A stretch of 64,000 bases of DNA. Source: an uncultured Methanomicrobiales archaeon. Lineage in GTDB: Archaea; Halobacteriota; Methanomicrobia; Methanomicrobiales; Methanospirillaceae. The notes beneath the pieces were generated by a model. The model had not been told where the DNA came from. It worked only from the letters and a program-made list of their open reading frames with translations, and did not search any database. Shown one piece after another: positions 51,710-61,635 of the stretch (position 1 is its first letter; every line of letters starts with the position of its first letter). The DNA lies in assembly GCA_963697895.1 (NCBI GenBank), contig OY969100.1, positions 2,016,001-2,080,000 of the forward strand, read 5' to 3'. The position numbers were made by a program, and so were the translations under genes.

Positions 51710-52618
51710 TCAATCTGAACAACGCGAACCGGTATATATGCAGGACTGGACATCTTTTCCGAGCATCCCGATTGCATCCGCCCTGCACCTCTGGCAATGC
51801 CGCATCTGCCTGACGTATTGCGCACATTCGTCCTGCATCTTTCGTTTCATCTCCGGGGTCGGCGGGGTGATATCGGCAAACTTGTATTGAGCGATCAGGG
51901 GGATCACATTGAAGGTGTAAACCCCCATCTCTCCCACCTTTTTCGCGATCTCGGGGATGTGTTCTTCGTTGATCCCAGGGATATAGACCGTGTTGATCTT
52001 CACGATCATCTTCCGATCGACCGCCATCCGGATCCCTTTCATCTGATTATCCAGGAGGATCTTTGCCGCCTCGAGGCCATGATATCGTTTGCCTTTATAG
52101 TCGACAAATTGGTAGATCCGCGAACCGACCTCAGGATCGATCGCATTCAGCGTGACGGTGATGTTATCGACACCATATTTTTGCAGAAGATCTATCTTGT
52201 CCGGCAGAAGGAGGCCATTTGTGCTGATACAGAGGATGAGATGGGGAAATTCTTCATGGAGGAGGCGAAGGGCCTCGAATGTCTCTTCGTTTGCCAGGGG
52301 TTCCCCTGGTCCGGCAATTCCGACGACCTTGATATACTCGTACTTCGCCATGACTTTTCTGACCAGTTCTACCGATTCCTGCGCGTTCAGGACCTTCGTC
52401 GTAACCCCGGGCCTGCTCTCATTCACGCAGTCAAAGTCCCGGATGCAGTAGTTGCACTGGATATTGCACTTTGGCGCGACCGGAATATGACACCTCCCGA
52501 ATGCATGGCATGCCTTCTCTGAGAAACAGGGGTGCTCCGAGATCTTCCTCATCTGTTCCGGATCCCATCTGACCTTCTTTCCTCCCACATCCGCTTCCTT
52601 ATATTCGTCTTTTGCCAT
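51710..52618 (-). CDS. nifB: Stand-alone radical SAM NifB
   Basis: HPC, PVAPKCNIQCNYC, NESRPG, AGPGEPL, HCQRCRADAIG; no NifX domain. Confidence 0.9.
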   Translation of the reverse strand: MAKDEYKEADVGGKKVRWDPEQMRKISEHPCFSEKACHAFGRCHIPVAPKCNIQCNYCIRDFDCVNESRPGVTTKVLNAQESVELVRKVMAKYEYIKVVGIAGPGEPLANEETFEALRLLHEEFPHLILCISTNGLLLPDKIDLLQKYGVDNITVTLNAIDPEVGSRIYQFVDYKGKRYHGLEAAKILLDNQMKGIRMAVDRKMIVKINTVYIPGINEEHIPEIAKKVGEMGVYTFNVIPLIAQYKFADITPPTPEMKRKMQDECAQYVRQMRHCQRCRADAIGMLGKDVQSCIYTGSRCSD

Positions 52619-53130
52619 GGACAACAACCATCTGATCTGGTCTGTTAAGCTATATATAAAATTCAATTCTGCCAGAGGAAATGAATGGATGGCTCCCGCG
52701 GGATATAAATGGGAATTCCGCACCATTTGCCTGCAGGATCCTCTGTACCGTGTTACATATCCCCTTTCGCAATGTCTTTTTCGGATGATTCGTTATCAGT
52801 TCAGACCCCTGTTCCGAAGAATATTATATATCTTGAAGCGGGATCGGAACAGGCCGGCCAGGGGAAAAATTTCGACATATGAGGTTTAATTCCTCCTTCC
52901 CTGACGTTATTCGCGCGCAGGATTGTTTAGAATGTACCCCGGGTCGGATTCGTCATTCTATTCCGGGTTGTGATGGGATAATCAAATTAAAATAACCAAT
53001 AGCGAAGAGGACGCTTCAGCGATCCGGCCGAATCACCCACCGTTGTTCCGGTTTGGTAACGGGGAGAACCCGGGGAGACCGGATTTCGGTGTGAAGAGAG
53101 GGAAGTATATAGGAAAGAATCGCCAATAAA

Positions 53131-53682
53131 ATGAGTATGATCGGCAGTCAGAAACGCCGGATTACGAAAACCGGCTTAGTCGTTCTGTCCATAGGCATGG
53201 TGCTCCTGGTGGCCGCCATGCTCTCGGCCGGGTGTACATCCGCTCCGGCCGGTGCGAAGGTGAATGATACCGTTAAAGTGTATTATAATGTTTCTGTAGC
53301 GGGTGGTCCCGTCTTTGAGTCCAATTTCAATGGAACTCCGATAGAATTTACCATTGGTTCGGGCACATTAATTAAGGGATTTGAGCAGGCAGTGATCGGG
53401 ATGACCCCCGGAGAAATAAAGCAGGTCACGATTCCACCCGAGGATGCCTACGGTCCGGTAAAGCCGGAATTGATCAATACATACCCGCGTACGGGAAATC
53501 TGAGCACCATGGATCTCCAACCCGGATACATGACCTATCAGACGCCCGACGGAAAAACGGGGCAGGTCCTTATCCTGAATGTTACGCCCACGACGGTAAC
53601 CGTCGATGAGAACCACCCGCTTGCAGGGAAAACACTGGTTTTCAATATTCAGCTCGTGGAGATCGAGAAGAATACGGCATAA
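53131..53682 (+). CDS. FKBP/SlyD-type peptidyl-prolyl isomerase with lipoprotein signal
   Basis: SAGC lipobox, LIKGFEQAVIGM, IPPEDAYG, DENHPLAGKTLVF. Confidence 0.88.
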   Translation: MSMIGSQKRRITKTGLVVLSIGMVLLVAAMLSAGCTSAPAGAKVNDTVKVYYNVSVAGGPVFESNFNGTPIEFTIGSGTLIKGFEQAVIGMTPGEIKQVTIPPEDAYGPVKPELINTYPRTGNLSTMDLQPGYMTYQTPDGKTGQVLILNVTPTTVTVDENHPLAGKTLVFNIQLVEIEKNTA

Positions 53683-53854
53683 CCGGAAAGAAAATCAACA
53701 CAATATCTCTTTTCCTATTATTGCAAGAATATGCGGGCATTTCGCGAGGAACCGATGATTGTTATAGGAAACTCCCCGGTTCGGGACGATTCAATTGAAA
53801 TAAAAACTAATATGCCACCAAATTCTGAAAAGGAGCAGATAGATTCGTTTAGCT

Positions 53855-54036
53855 GACCGGTGAGATCACCTCACCGGCCGATACATTCCGATACCTTTTT
53901 AGGTTGAATGTAGTATGAGAACTAGGTGTACCGAATCCCGCTCCATCATCGTATGCCTGTTGTGATGCTTATATTAATGCCACCTTGATTGTAAGGCGTT
54001 CATTCAGGCAGCGTCCCCTGCGGACCGGTGCACCTA
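53855..54036. ncRNA. Candidate structured non-coding RNA (unassigned)
   Basis: Two consecutive hairpins, then a multibranched domain closed by an 11-bp stem, in ORF-free DNA; TATA box at 54059-54066 on the minus strand. Confidence 0.4.
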
Positions 54037-54454
54037 TAATCTGGATTCATTCTTTAGGTATATAAATTAGTATACTTACGGACCCTAAATGAGGCTTTTT
54101 TGCGTGAGCGTCAGTCAAATTATCACGCTTCTGTAAAACAAAGTTCAATACATTCATCTTCATTTAAAATGACCAGATTGGTAAAATAATCTTTATTTAT
54201 CTTTTATTTTGGATCATCTTTCTGCGCATGCCTGCAAAAACCGACAGGAGATATTTCCTCTCCGGAGCCCGGGTTCGCATGAATATACTGTCTGAACCGG
54301 GGAATCCGGGGGAGGTGCCGCATCGTTTGGGTGCAGATTTGGGGGGAGTTCTGCATGACAATTTCCCGGATCGAATTGGGGAAACATTCTGGTTTGCCCG
54401 CATTTTTCCCGGGAATTTGCCGAATCCGCTAAAATAGATGATCAGAACTGCAGA

Positions 54455-54528
54455 TGGGCCCGGCCGGATTCGAACCGGCGACCTCCGCCGTGTAAGGGCG
54501 ACGTCATAACCGACTAGACCACGAGCCC
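54455..54528 (-). tRNA. tRNA-Val(TAC)
   Basis: GGGCTCG acceptor stem, anticodon loop CTTACAC, T arm GGTTCGAATCC; no intron. Confidence 0.96.
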
Positions 54529-55041
54529 CGGTCCTGGTACTATTGGATCCGTTCTTATTAAATTCTTGGCTGAAAGGCGACCTTCGGAATCCCGGTTGGA
54601 TTATCCAAGAAAAATTGAAAACATCTTTCACGGTGGAAAAAACCTCCTGCGTTTCATTCATGAGGACAATGAAAGGCGCAGTACCCCGCACGATCGGTAG
54701 ACTTCCCGTCCATTATTCCTGTGAAGTCGTCCAATCCTCCTTTGTAAAAAATTCGGTCGCGATGAGCAGGATATTCTCCCCCGATGTCAGATGCCCGATA
54801 TTTAAAAACAGCTGCCGAAAAGAATTTTAAATCTCTTTAATGATAGGGTGATACGACAATTCAGGCAACATTTGTGGCATTTGCGAGCAAATAATAAAAC
54901 GAAATGCTTAAATATGCATGAACAAATAGCCTATCTTCCGTCCCAGCGAGCAAGAGTACCCCTGAATAGAGAACAGGTACCAGAACTCGCCATTGCCAGT
55001 ACCCGATATCAAAATAATACGATCAAGGAAGGCGAACTACC

Positions 55042-55887
55042 ATGAAAACAGATACGAAGAGGCTATATGGTCTTATCCTGCTGATATGTCTCGTTCTTTT
55101 GCTGCTAACCGCATCGGTAACAGCGGCAACGACGGGTACAATCTCCATATCGTCGAGCCCGAGCAGGGCTACGATACTACTCGATGGCTCCAGTACAGGG
55201 AAGACCACTTCAGCGACCCTTAAAAATGTACCGGCAGGAACCCATACGATCACCCTGAAACTGTCGGGTTACCAGGATCTCTCAAAGACGGTACAGGTAA
55301 GGGCGGGTCACACGTCCACTCTCACCGGCCTGAAACTGGTGAAGATATCCACACCGACTCCAACACCCCGGCCATTGCCGACGGCAACATCGACACCCAG
55401 ACCTTCGTCCACGTCAACGCCGACCGTAATTCCCACAACACCGGTTACCCCGGTACCGGGCGACAGCCAGATCTCACGGGTGGAACAGGCAATATTCAAG
55501 TACACAAATATTGAACGGCAGAACAACGGGAAGGCTCCCTTGATCTGGGACACGAAGCTGGCATCGGCTGCCCGTTCCCACAGCGAAGACATGGCGAAAA
55601 ACCGGTTCTTTTCTCATACGAGCTACGATGGCAGATCTCCGGGCCAGCGGCTGAATGCCCTCGGATTCTATGCATGGGGAGAGAATATCGCGGCGACCGG
55701 TTTTTACACCCTGAACAGCGATCCGGATGCGGTCGGAAAGGGCATCGTGCAGATGTGGATGAACAGCGACGGTCACCGGGCAAATATTCTCGGGGATTCG
55801 ATCAACTTCAACCGGATCGGGGTTGGCGTGGCGTACAACTCACAGTACTACGGGTACCTGGCCACCCAGGACTTTGCACGCGTCTGA
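55042..55887 (+). CDS. Secreted PEGA + CAP (SCP) domain protein
   Basis: Signal peptide, PEGA (SSPSRATILLDG...GTHTITL), Thr/Pro linker, CAP (ARSHSEDMA, GENIA, WMNSDGHRANIL). Confidence 0.88.
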   Translation: MKTDTKRLYGLILLICLVLLLLTASVTAATTGTISISSSPSRATILLDGSSTGKTTSATLKNVPAGTHTITLKLSGYQDLSKTVQVRAGHTSTLTGLKLVKISTPTPTPRPLPTATSTPRPSSTSTPTVIPTTPVTPVPGDSQISRVEQAIFKYTNIERQNNGKAPLIWDTKLASAARSHSEDMAKNRFFSHTSYDGRSPGQRLNALGFYAWGENIAATGFYTLNSDPDAVGKGIVQMWMNSDGHRANILGDSINFNRIGVGVAYNSQYYGYLATQDFARV

Positions 55888-55987
55888 AAATATCGGGGAA
55901 TTCTTAATATTCCCGGGATCTGGGCTTTTCTGCCCATCTCTTTTTTCCCCGACCCTCTGATGACCCGATATATATAGCAAAAACAAA

Positions 55988-56749
55988 TTAATGGTCATCG
56001 AACCCTCCCAACTTCGGGAGATACCGCGGTTCTTTTTTAAACGTCGCAACAATCTCCGATCTCAAGCGATCTTCTCCGCGGATTCTCATGCACCACTGCC
56101 GCAGGTCGATCCGGACCGGGGTGAGGAGCGGGAACAGCCCGATAACTTCCTCCGGGGAAAAATAATGGGTGATTATTCCTCCCCCCCGCCGAAGGGTACC
56201 AGGTTCAACCATCGTTCCTCTTCCAGCCCTCATGTCATCGGTTGCAAACGCGGCGAAGAAAATTAGACCATTATTTTTGAGCACCCGTGTCGCTTCTTCC
56301 GCACACAGAACCCGTTCGGGGAGGAAAAGGTGTCCGAGCAGGTGATTGCAGAAGACAGCATCAAATGCACGCTCCCTGAAGGGAAGTCTTGCTGCGTCAG
56401 CAATAATAAACCCGTCAACTGATCCGGCATCCTTCACCTGCCGGCAGAATCCGATGGCGGCAGGGGAGCAGTCGATCGCGGTAATCTGCCATTTGCGATC
56501 GATCATCGGACGGATTATGGTGCCGTTGCCGCAGCCGAGATCAAGGACTTGTGTTCCGGAGGGAAGATCCGGGAGAGGACGCGGAGAACCTCCCCAGAGT
56601 CTCCCTCTTACCTGGTATAACCGGTCCCACGAGTCCCGGAGATTTTTCACCCGGACGGTTTGATCCGGAAAAAAGATTAATATTGCCCTGTGTTCGTCAG
56701 GGGGGGGCCCGGCGAACGGAACTATCTCCTGATTCTGGTTTTCGGACAT
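55988..56749 (-). CDS. Class I SAM-dependent methyltransferase
   Basis: VLDLGCGNG, ADAARLPF...FDAV; true start may be GTG 56650. Confidence 0.85.
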   Translation of the reverse strand: MSENQNQEIVPFAGPPPDEHRAILIFFPDQTVRVKNLRDSWDRLYQVRGRLWGGSPRPLPDLPSGTQVLDLGCGNGTIIRPMIDRKWQITAIDCSPAAIGFCRQVKDAGSVDGFIIADAARLPFRERAFDAVFCNHLLGHLFLPERVLCAEEATRVLKNNGLIFFAAFATDDMRAGRGTMVEPGTLRRGGGIITHYFSPEEVIGLFPLLTPVRIDLRQWCMRIRGEDRLRSEIVATFKKEPRYLPKLGGFDDH

Positions 56750-56819
56750 GTCCGGGCAATTGCCCTTTCAGTGTATGCGGAGATGATCTCGGCGGTCACG
56801 GGGCAGGGCCTCACCGGTA

Positions 56820-56990
56820 AAAGGGTTCTCCGGACCGGAGCCTTTTCAATCTGCGGTCCGGGTGCACTAAGGAGACGATTATCAATATCCTGAAAAATGG
56901 AAGAAATATCCCGCATTTAGGGGGGGGCCGGATACCCCCCTTGAAGATGGCGACCAGGTGGCAATCTTTCCTCCTGTTAGCGGCGGGTAA
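56820..56990 (+). pseudogene. MoaD/ThiS/SAMP ubiquitin-like protein remnant
   Basis: INILKNGRNIPHL, then a G8 tract shifts frame into PDTPLEDGDQVAIFPPVSGG-stop; in-frame stop upstream at 56818. Confidence 0.75.
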
Positions 56991-56996
56991 CGCTCT

Positions 56997-57944
56997 TTAC
57001 ATTAATCCAAACGATTTCAGGGTGACATCGGGGTTCACGGCCCCTACATGGTACATGACGCCTTCGGTGAGTTCATTGATAATGACCTCGGCAGGGGAGA
57101 ACAGAGAAGTGTCAATCTGATAGAAATCAAACTTCGCTTCCTTGAAGATCTCATAAAAGGGCTTTCCATAACCCTTGGATTTGTTACTCGGGATACGTTC
57201 GAGGTAGTCCTTTATCTCCGGAGCTTTCATGGTGAGCATGATCCGCCCGTAATAGATCGTTGCATCATTGGTGGTTCCCATCGCTCGTGTCGCATCCTTC
57301 TTGACCGGCGGGATAGGAGCCGTACCCATGCCGGAGACGATCTTCCGGGTGTCAAATCCGAGCTCGTTCAGTTTATAGATAGCCGTCTCGACGCAGCGGC
57401 CGGATACCTGGATCGAACCGACAGTGGATGCCGTCGGGGCGACCACGGCACACACGTTCGCCACATCGATCTGGCACTCCTCTGCGATCTTCTGCATAAC
57501 CGCACCGTTGGGGAGATGATCGCTTTCGAGGGCGATCACTGCCGAATCAAAGTCATCCTCGTAATCGATAACCTCAAACGTATGCTTTGGTTTCAGTGAA
57601 AGCGCCCGTGCAGGCCCGCTCCCCATCGCAAAATAGTTATTATGCTTTATCGTCCACCCCGCCTTCTGGGCACCAAGACAGGATATCGAGGGAAAGTCCG
57701 TAAACACGTCGATAAAGGGCAGAGGGAATTCCTTGATATGTCCCATCCGGAAATTCACCTCTCCCAGGCCACCCATACAGATCTCGGTAAAAGCTCTCCC
57801 GGCTGCATATCCTCCGGTTGTGCTGACTCCGCAATCTACAATCCGTGCGCCATTGTCGAGCTCGTGATACGCAGCATTGAACTCTTCAGCATATTCTGCA
57901 AGGTTCTCAAATATTTCGAGTGCCAGTTCATTCACACTGAGCAT
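56997..57944 (-). CDS. mch: Methenyl-H4MPT cyclohydrolase
   Basis: EICMGGLG, CLGAQKAGW, GSGPARAL, MGTTNDA. Confidence 0.97.
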   Translation of the reverse strand: MLSVNELALEIFENLAEYAEEFNAAYHELDNGARIVDCGVSTTGGYAAGRAFTEICMGGLGEVNFRMGHIKEFPLPFIDVFTDFPSISCLGAQKAGWTIKHNNYFAMGSGPARALSLKPKHTFEVIDYEDDFDSAVIALESDHLPNGAVMQKIAEECQIDVANVCAVVAPTASTVGSIQVSGRCVETAIYKLNELGFDTRKIVSGMGTAPIPPVKKDATRAMGTTNDATIYYGRIMLTMKAPEIKDYLERIPSNKSKGYGKPFYEIFKEAKFDFYQIDTSLFSPAEVIINELTEGVMYHVGAVNPDVTLKSFGLM

Positions 57945-58007
57945 TATGAAACCCCCTACACACCACATACCAAATGGTTGTGAACCAGATAAGATTTGTC
58001 AAATGTG

Positions 58008-59132
58008 TCAGGAGAGGTAAGAGAGCACCCGGGCCGGATCGTACCGGAGGCTGATCAACCGGGTTCGTCCCTTCCCCTCCCGGTACTGCAGGTTTACGAG
58101 ACGCATGGCATCGAATTTTTTGATTATTTCGTAAAAACGGGTATATCCGATGCCCATCGACTCCTTGACCGCCTTATAGACCTCTCCCGCATTCATCTCA
58201 CCCCCTTCACCCGAGCGGACGGCAAGGGTCCTCAGGAGTTGTTTCTCCTCGTCTTTCAGGGTCTTAACAGAGTATGCGAGATGGAGGTATTTCGAGACGG
58301 AATATGCACCACAGATATCCTCCCTCTCGATCACCTTCCGTGCATTTTTTTCGGCATTAAGGACAGCACGTTTGAGAAGGTCGATCCCCACACGAAGGTC
58401 ACCACTCTTCAGGGTCTGACTGACGACCAGGTCGAACATGGCGTCACCGAGCACGCCGGGATACAAACCCTGGAGGATCCGTTCCCGCATGATCTCAGCA
58501 ACTTCGTCCTCTGAATATGGGGGAAAGTAGATATCGGTCGGCCGGAACACCGATGATACCCGGGCGTCCACCACGCGGGAGATGTCCACATCGAGATCGC
58601 TGATGATCACGATCACCCCGATCCGCGTGCCCGGATATGCCTCATGTGACCGGAGCAGGGTATACAGCACCTTGTTGAGCTCATTTTCATAGAGGAGATA
58701 GTTCGCATCATCCAGACAGACGAGGAGGACCTGCTCCTCTTTCTGGAGCAGGCGGGCGATCGCATCGAAGACCTGCTTGAACGAGGTTCCCGATGAGGGA
58801 GGAAGATGACCTGACAGTCGGCGATAGATCTGGGAGAAGATGGCAAACTTTGTATTGTCGATCTGACAGTTGATATAAACCGGGACCAGTTTCTTCGTCG
58901 TCTCCGCGATCTCTCCGAAGAGTTTCCGGACGCTTGTCGTCTTCCCGGTCCCGGGAAGACCCCTGCAGATGGTGTTGAGCGGGCGTCCTCCCCGCAATCC
59001 CGGTCGAATCTGGAAGGCGAGCTCCCGCATCTGATCCTCCCGGTGATTGAACTGCTCGGGGACGTAATCGAGTTCGAAAACCTCCGGATCCCGAAACAGG
59101 GTCTCATCCCACATCAGCAGGTCTTTCTTCAT
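58008..59132 (-). CDS. cdc6: ORC1/Cdc6-type replication protein
   Basis: DYVPE, GLPGTGKT, LDD Walker B, GDLRVGIDLL, winged helix with GKGRTR. Confidence 0.92.
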   Translation of the reverse strand: MKKDLLMWDETLFRDPEVFELDYVPEQFNHREDQMRELAFQIRPGLRGGRPLNTICRGLPGTGKTTSVRKLFGEIAETTKKLVPVYINCQIDNTKFAIFSQIYRRLSGHLPPSSGTSFKQVFDAIARLLQKEEQVLLVCLDDANYLLYENELNKVLYTLLRSHEAYPGTRIGVIVIISDLDVDISRVVDARVSSVFRPTDIYFPPYSEDEVAEIMRERILQGLYPGVLGDAMFDLVVSQTLKSGDLRVGIDLLKRAVLNAEKNARKVIEREDICGAYSVSKYLHLAYSVKTLKDEEKQLLRTLAVRSGEGGEMNAGEVYKAVKESMGIGYTRFYEIIKKFDAMRLVNLQYREGKGRTRLISLRYDPARVLSYLS

Positions 59133-59174
59133 ATACACTCCTCAGGATCCACCGTATATAACCTCACCGTTCTT

Positions 59175-60005
59175 TTATCCGGTCTTTTTCATGCAGGATC
59201 GGCAGAGGGTCCTGCTTGCAAAAAGCTGGCTCATCTTCCGCTCGGTCTCGGTGATCGGGGCGCCGCATTCTTCGCAGGTCAGACCCCCTGACGGAGGGGG
59301 ATTCCCCGCCGGGGACTCAGCGACCGGTTTTGGGGCTTTTTGTGTTTTGTCACCCGGTGGATGCGTATCATCCGGTAAGGACGGACTTCCGGCCGGGGTA
59401 CCGGTATAAGGGCGGGGTGACAGGACCGGTTTGGGAGAAGAACCCGGAGCGGACGAATCTCTCCTCGCCTGGCCGGGGGGTGAAGCTCCCGGTTTTGCAG
59501 GACTCCGGGTCCCGGTAGTTCCTGCGACTGTCTCTATGGCAGAAGGGCCGGATTTCAGAGTACTTTCCGGGGTAGCGGGATTTCCGGGTGCACCCGGCAT
59601 GGGATGCATAGAGTGCTCTCCGGCTGAAGAAGAGGTACCTGGCCGGGCTGCAGGATTCGGGGCTACCGGCTTCTTCCGGGGGGTGTTCGCGGGACCGGTG
59701 CCGGGCCGGGTTACATCTGCAAGGATATCAGCCGGGAGGGGGCAGACCCCGTCCTGGCAGCCGGCCACGCCGGCCGGAACCCGGTCCGGTGCGTTCCGGG
59801 AGAGTACCCGTTGCCGGTAGCTGTCGATCCGCTCTGCGGTTGCCGGATCTCCCCTTCCCATCTGACCGAGCACGGTGTCGAGATATGCGATGAGATCATT
59901 CGCATCTTCTGGAGAATCCACTTCACCGTTCACTTCGAGCCGGAGATTCTCATAGTGTTCGAGGTTTACGGTGACACCGATCGCAAGTGTCTTTCGGGAT
60001 CCCAT
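59175..60005 (-). CDS. Hypothetical protein: small N-terminal domain, Pro-rich linker, C-terminal Zn finger
   Basis: TVNLEHYENLRLEV at the N-terminus; CEECG...LCRSC at the C-terminus. Confidence 0.75.
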   Translation of the reverse strand: MGSRKTLAIGVTVNLEHYENLRLEVNGEVDSPEDANDLIAYLDTVLGQMGRGDPATAERIDSYRQRVLSRNAPDRVPAGVAGCQDGVCPLPADILADVTRPGTGPANTPRKKPVAPNPAARPGTSSSAGEHSMHPMPGAPGNPATPESTLKSGPSAIETVAGTTGTRSPAKPGASPPGQARRDSSAPGSSPKPVLSPRPYTGTPAGSPSLPDDTHPPGDKTQKAPKPVAESPAGNPPPSGGLTCEECGAPITETERKMSQLFASRTLCRSCMKKTG

Positions 60006-60093
60006 AGTACAATAGTCCTCCGGCACTCTCTTATGACTTGCGTAAGGAGGGAAGAAAGCGGTAATTATCCCCGGATGATCGGAGTTTGCCTGG

Positions 60094-61635
60094 TCACACC
60101 TGGGGAATTGTCCGGACGACCGCACCGGAATTCCGGCCGCCGGAAAGGAGCGTGGTTCCACCACAGAGCCCGTCCATGAATTCGCGGAGGGTTTTTTCCA
60201 GATCCACCATTCCGGTGTCACCGATCGCAAAGAGGACCGGTCCGAATGAGCTCATTCCGTATGCCGGAGCCCCCGCTTCTTCCAGAAAAAAGAGGAGATC
60301 CCGGATCGCCTGTGGCTGCATCTCGCGCTCGGCCTTTTTGAATCCAAGCTGCTGAATCCGGTTCACGGCCGCCCCGAAGAGATCCAGATCTTCTTCGACA
60401 AGGCCGGGGAGCAGACGCATCAGGATCTCATGGCAGATCTCCCGGACATCGGCTTCCGGTACAGGGCAGCAGCCACTGAACAGGTCCTGTTCACGCCGTC
60501 CGCTCACGGTCTCTCCGCCTGACGGTATCACGAGAAGGATCTTCCAGGCTTCCGGAAACGGATGGTGCACGGTTACCGATGCCGGAATTACCCCGCGGGA
60601 GGCCGCGCTCGGAAGGAAACCGGTCTTCCCGCCATTCGTGCCGAAGGAATGACCACCATCGATGATGAACCCTCCGGTTTCGAAGGCGGCAGTGCCGATC
60701 CCCGAGGTGCCCCCTCTCCCGACGATCATCGCGAGCTCCCGGACTGTCCGCGGGTACTTATACAGCACACAGAGGGAATGGGCCGCGGCGAGCCCGAGCT
60801 GGGTACCGCTTCCGAGTCCTATGTGGCGTGGGTACCAGGTTTGCAGCCTGAATGAAGCTGCACCGGGGAGCTGGAGGGCCGAGATGGTGGCTTCTGCCGC
60901 TCTCCGGATCACGTCCCGGCATCCTGCATCGCCCCCTTCCACCTGTATCGTGGATGCCTCCTCGGTCCAGAGAATAATGCGGGGCTCCCGGAGGGTGATC
61001 CCTATCCCGCCATCCACGCGCCCCAACCCTCCGTTCAGGTCGATCAACCCGAGATGAAGCCGTGATGGAGATTCCGTTATTACCCTCTGCCGATCCCGGA
61101 ATGCATGGCAGGGAAACGTCTCCTGAATGGCAATCAACGGGGCGCCATTGTGGATGATACGGTATTCACGACTGAGCAGGGGTTCAACGGGGAAAGACGG
61201 AAAGGCGCCGCTCGAAGAAGCATCCGGCGCATGCACCCAGGCCCGCGTGATCTCCCGCCGGGACTCGATCCGATGGGCCTGGAGGATCCTCCCGATGGGG
61301 ATATCCGCACGCATGAGGTCATCCCGGATGGCTGATGAGAGCCGGGAGACGGGAGTATCCGATATCGCGTGGATCAACACCTCACCGGTTCGGGTACTCC
61401 GGAGTTCCACGACACGGTGGTTTACCGGCTCCCCCTCCTGGCATTCGAGGCGCATGGTTGCTATGTGGTCTGCGGGAACCACTTCCTGGAGAAGTGTCCG
61501 GATCTCTACCGGGAATCCGGTTGCGAGTTCAAGCAGCCTCGTGACAGAGCCGTCCGTTCCGAGGAGAACCTTCTGGAGCGGGGATAGCCTCCCGATGCAT
61601 CCCTCTATCTCGGAGAGCCAGTCGGAATTTGCCAT
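60094..61635 (-). CDS. mptG: Chorismate lyase-like (DUF98) / beta-RFA-P synthase fusion
   Basis: LLGTDGSVTRLLE...DIPIGRIL in the N-domain; GHMP-fold PSRLHLGLID, HIGLGSGTQ, RGGTSGIG, MSSFGP. Confidence 0.88.
   Translation of the reverse strand: MANSDWLSEIEGCIGRLSPLQKVLLGTDGSVTRLLELATGFPVEIRTLLQEVVPADHIATMRLECQEGEPVNHRVVELRSTRTGEVLIHAISDTPVSRLSSAIRDDLMRADIPIGRILQAHRIESRREITRAWVHAPDASSSGAFPSFPVEPLLSREYRIIHNGAPLIAIQETFPCHAFRDRQRVITESPSRLHLGLIDLNGGLGRVDGGIGITLREPRIILWTEEASTIQVEGGDAGCRDVIRRAAEATISALQLPGAASFRLQTWYPRHIGLGSGTQLGLAAAHSLCVLYKYPRTVRELAMIVGRGGTSGIGTAAFETGGFIIDGGHSFGTNGGKTGFLPSAASRGVIPASVTVHHPFPEAWKILLVIPSGGETVSGRREQDLFSGCCPVPEADVREICHEILMRLLPGLVEEDLDLFGAAVNRIQQLGFKKAEREMQPQAIRDLLFFLEEAGAPAYGMSSFGPVLFAIGDTGMVDLEKTLREFMDGLCGGTTLLSGGRNSGAVVRTIPQV

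Noticed and set aside
54197-54691. 164-aa ORF spanning the tRNA
   Set aside because: Overlaps tRNA-Val and has no protein-like features.
55350-55460. Repetitive ACACCG-like sequence
   Set aside because: Encodes the Thr/Pro linker of the PEGA-CAP protein; not a CRISPR or independent repeat.
58008-59175. Possible replication origin next to cdc6
   Set aside because: Flanking intergenic gaps are short, with no ORB-like repeats or AT-rich unwinding element.
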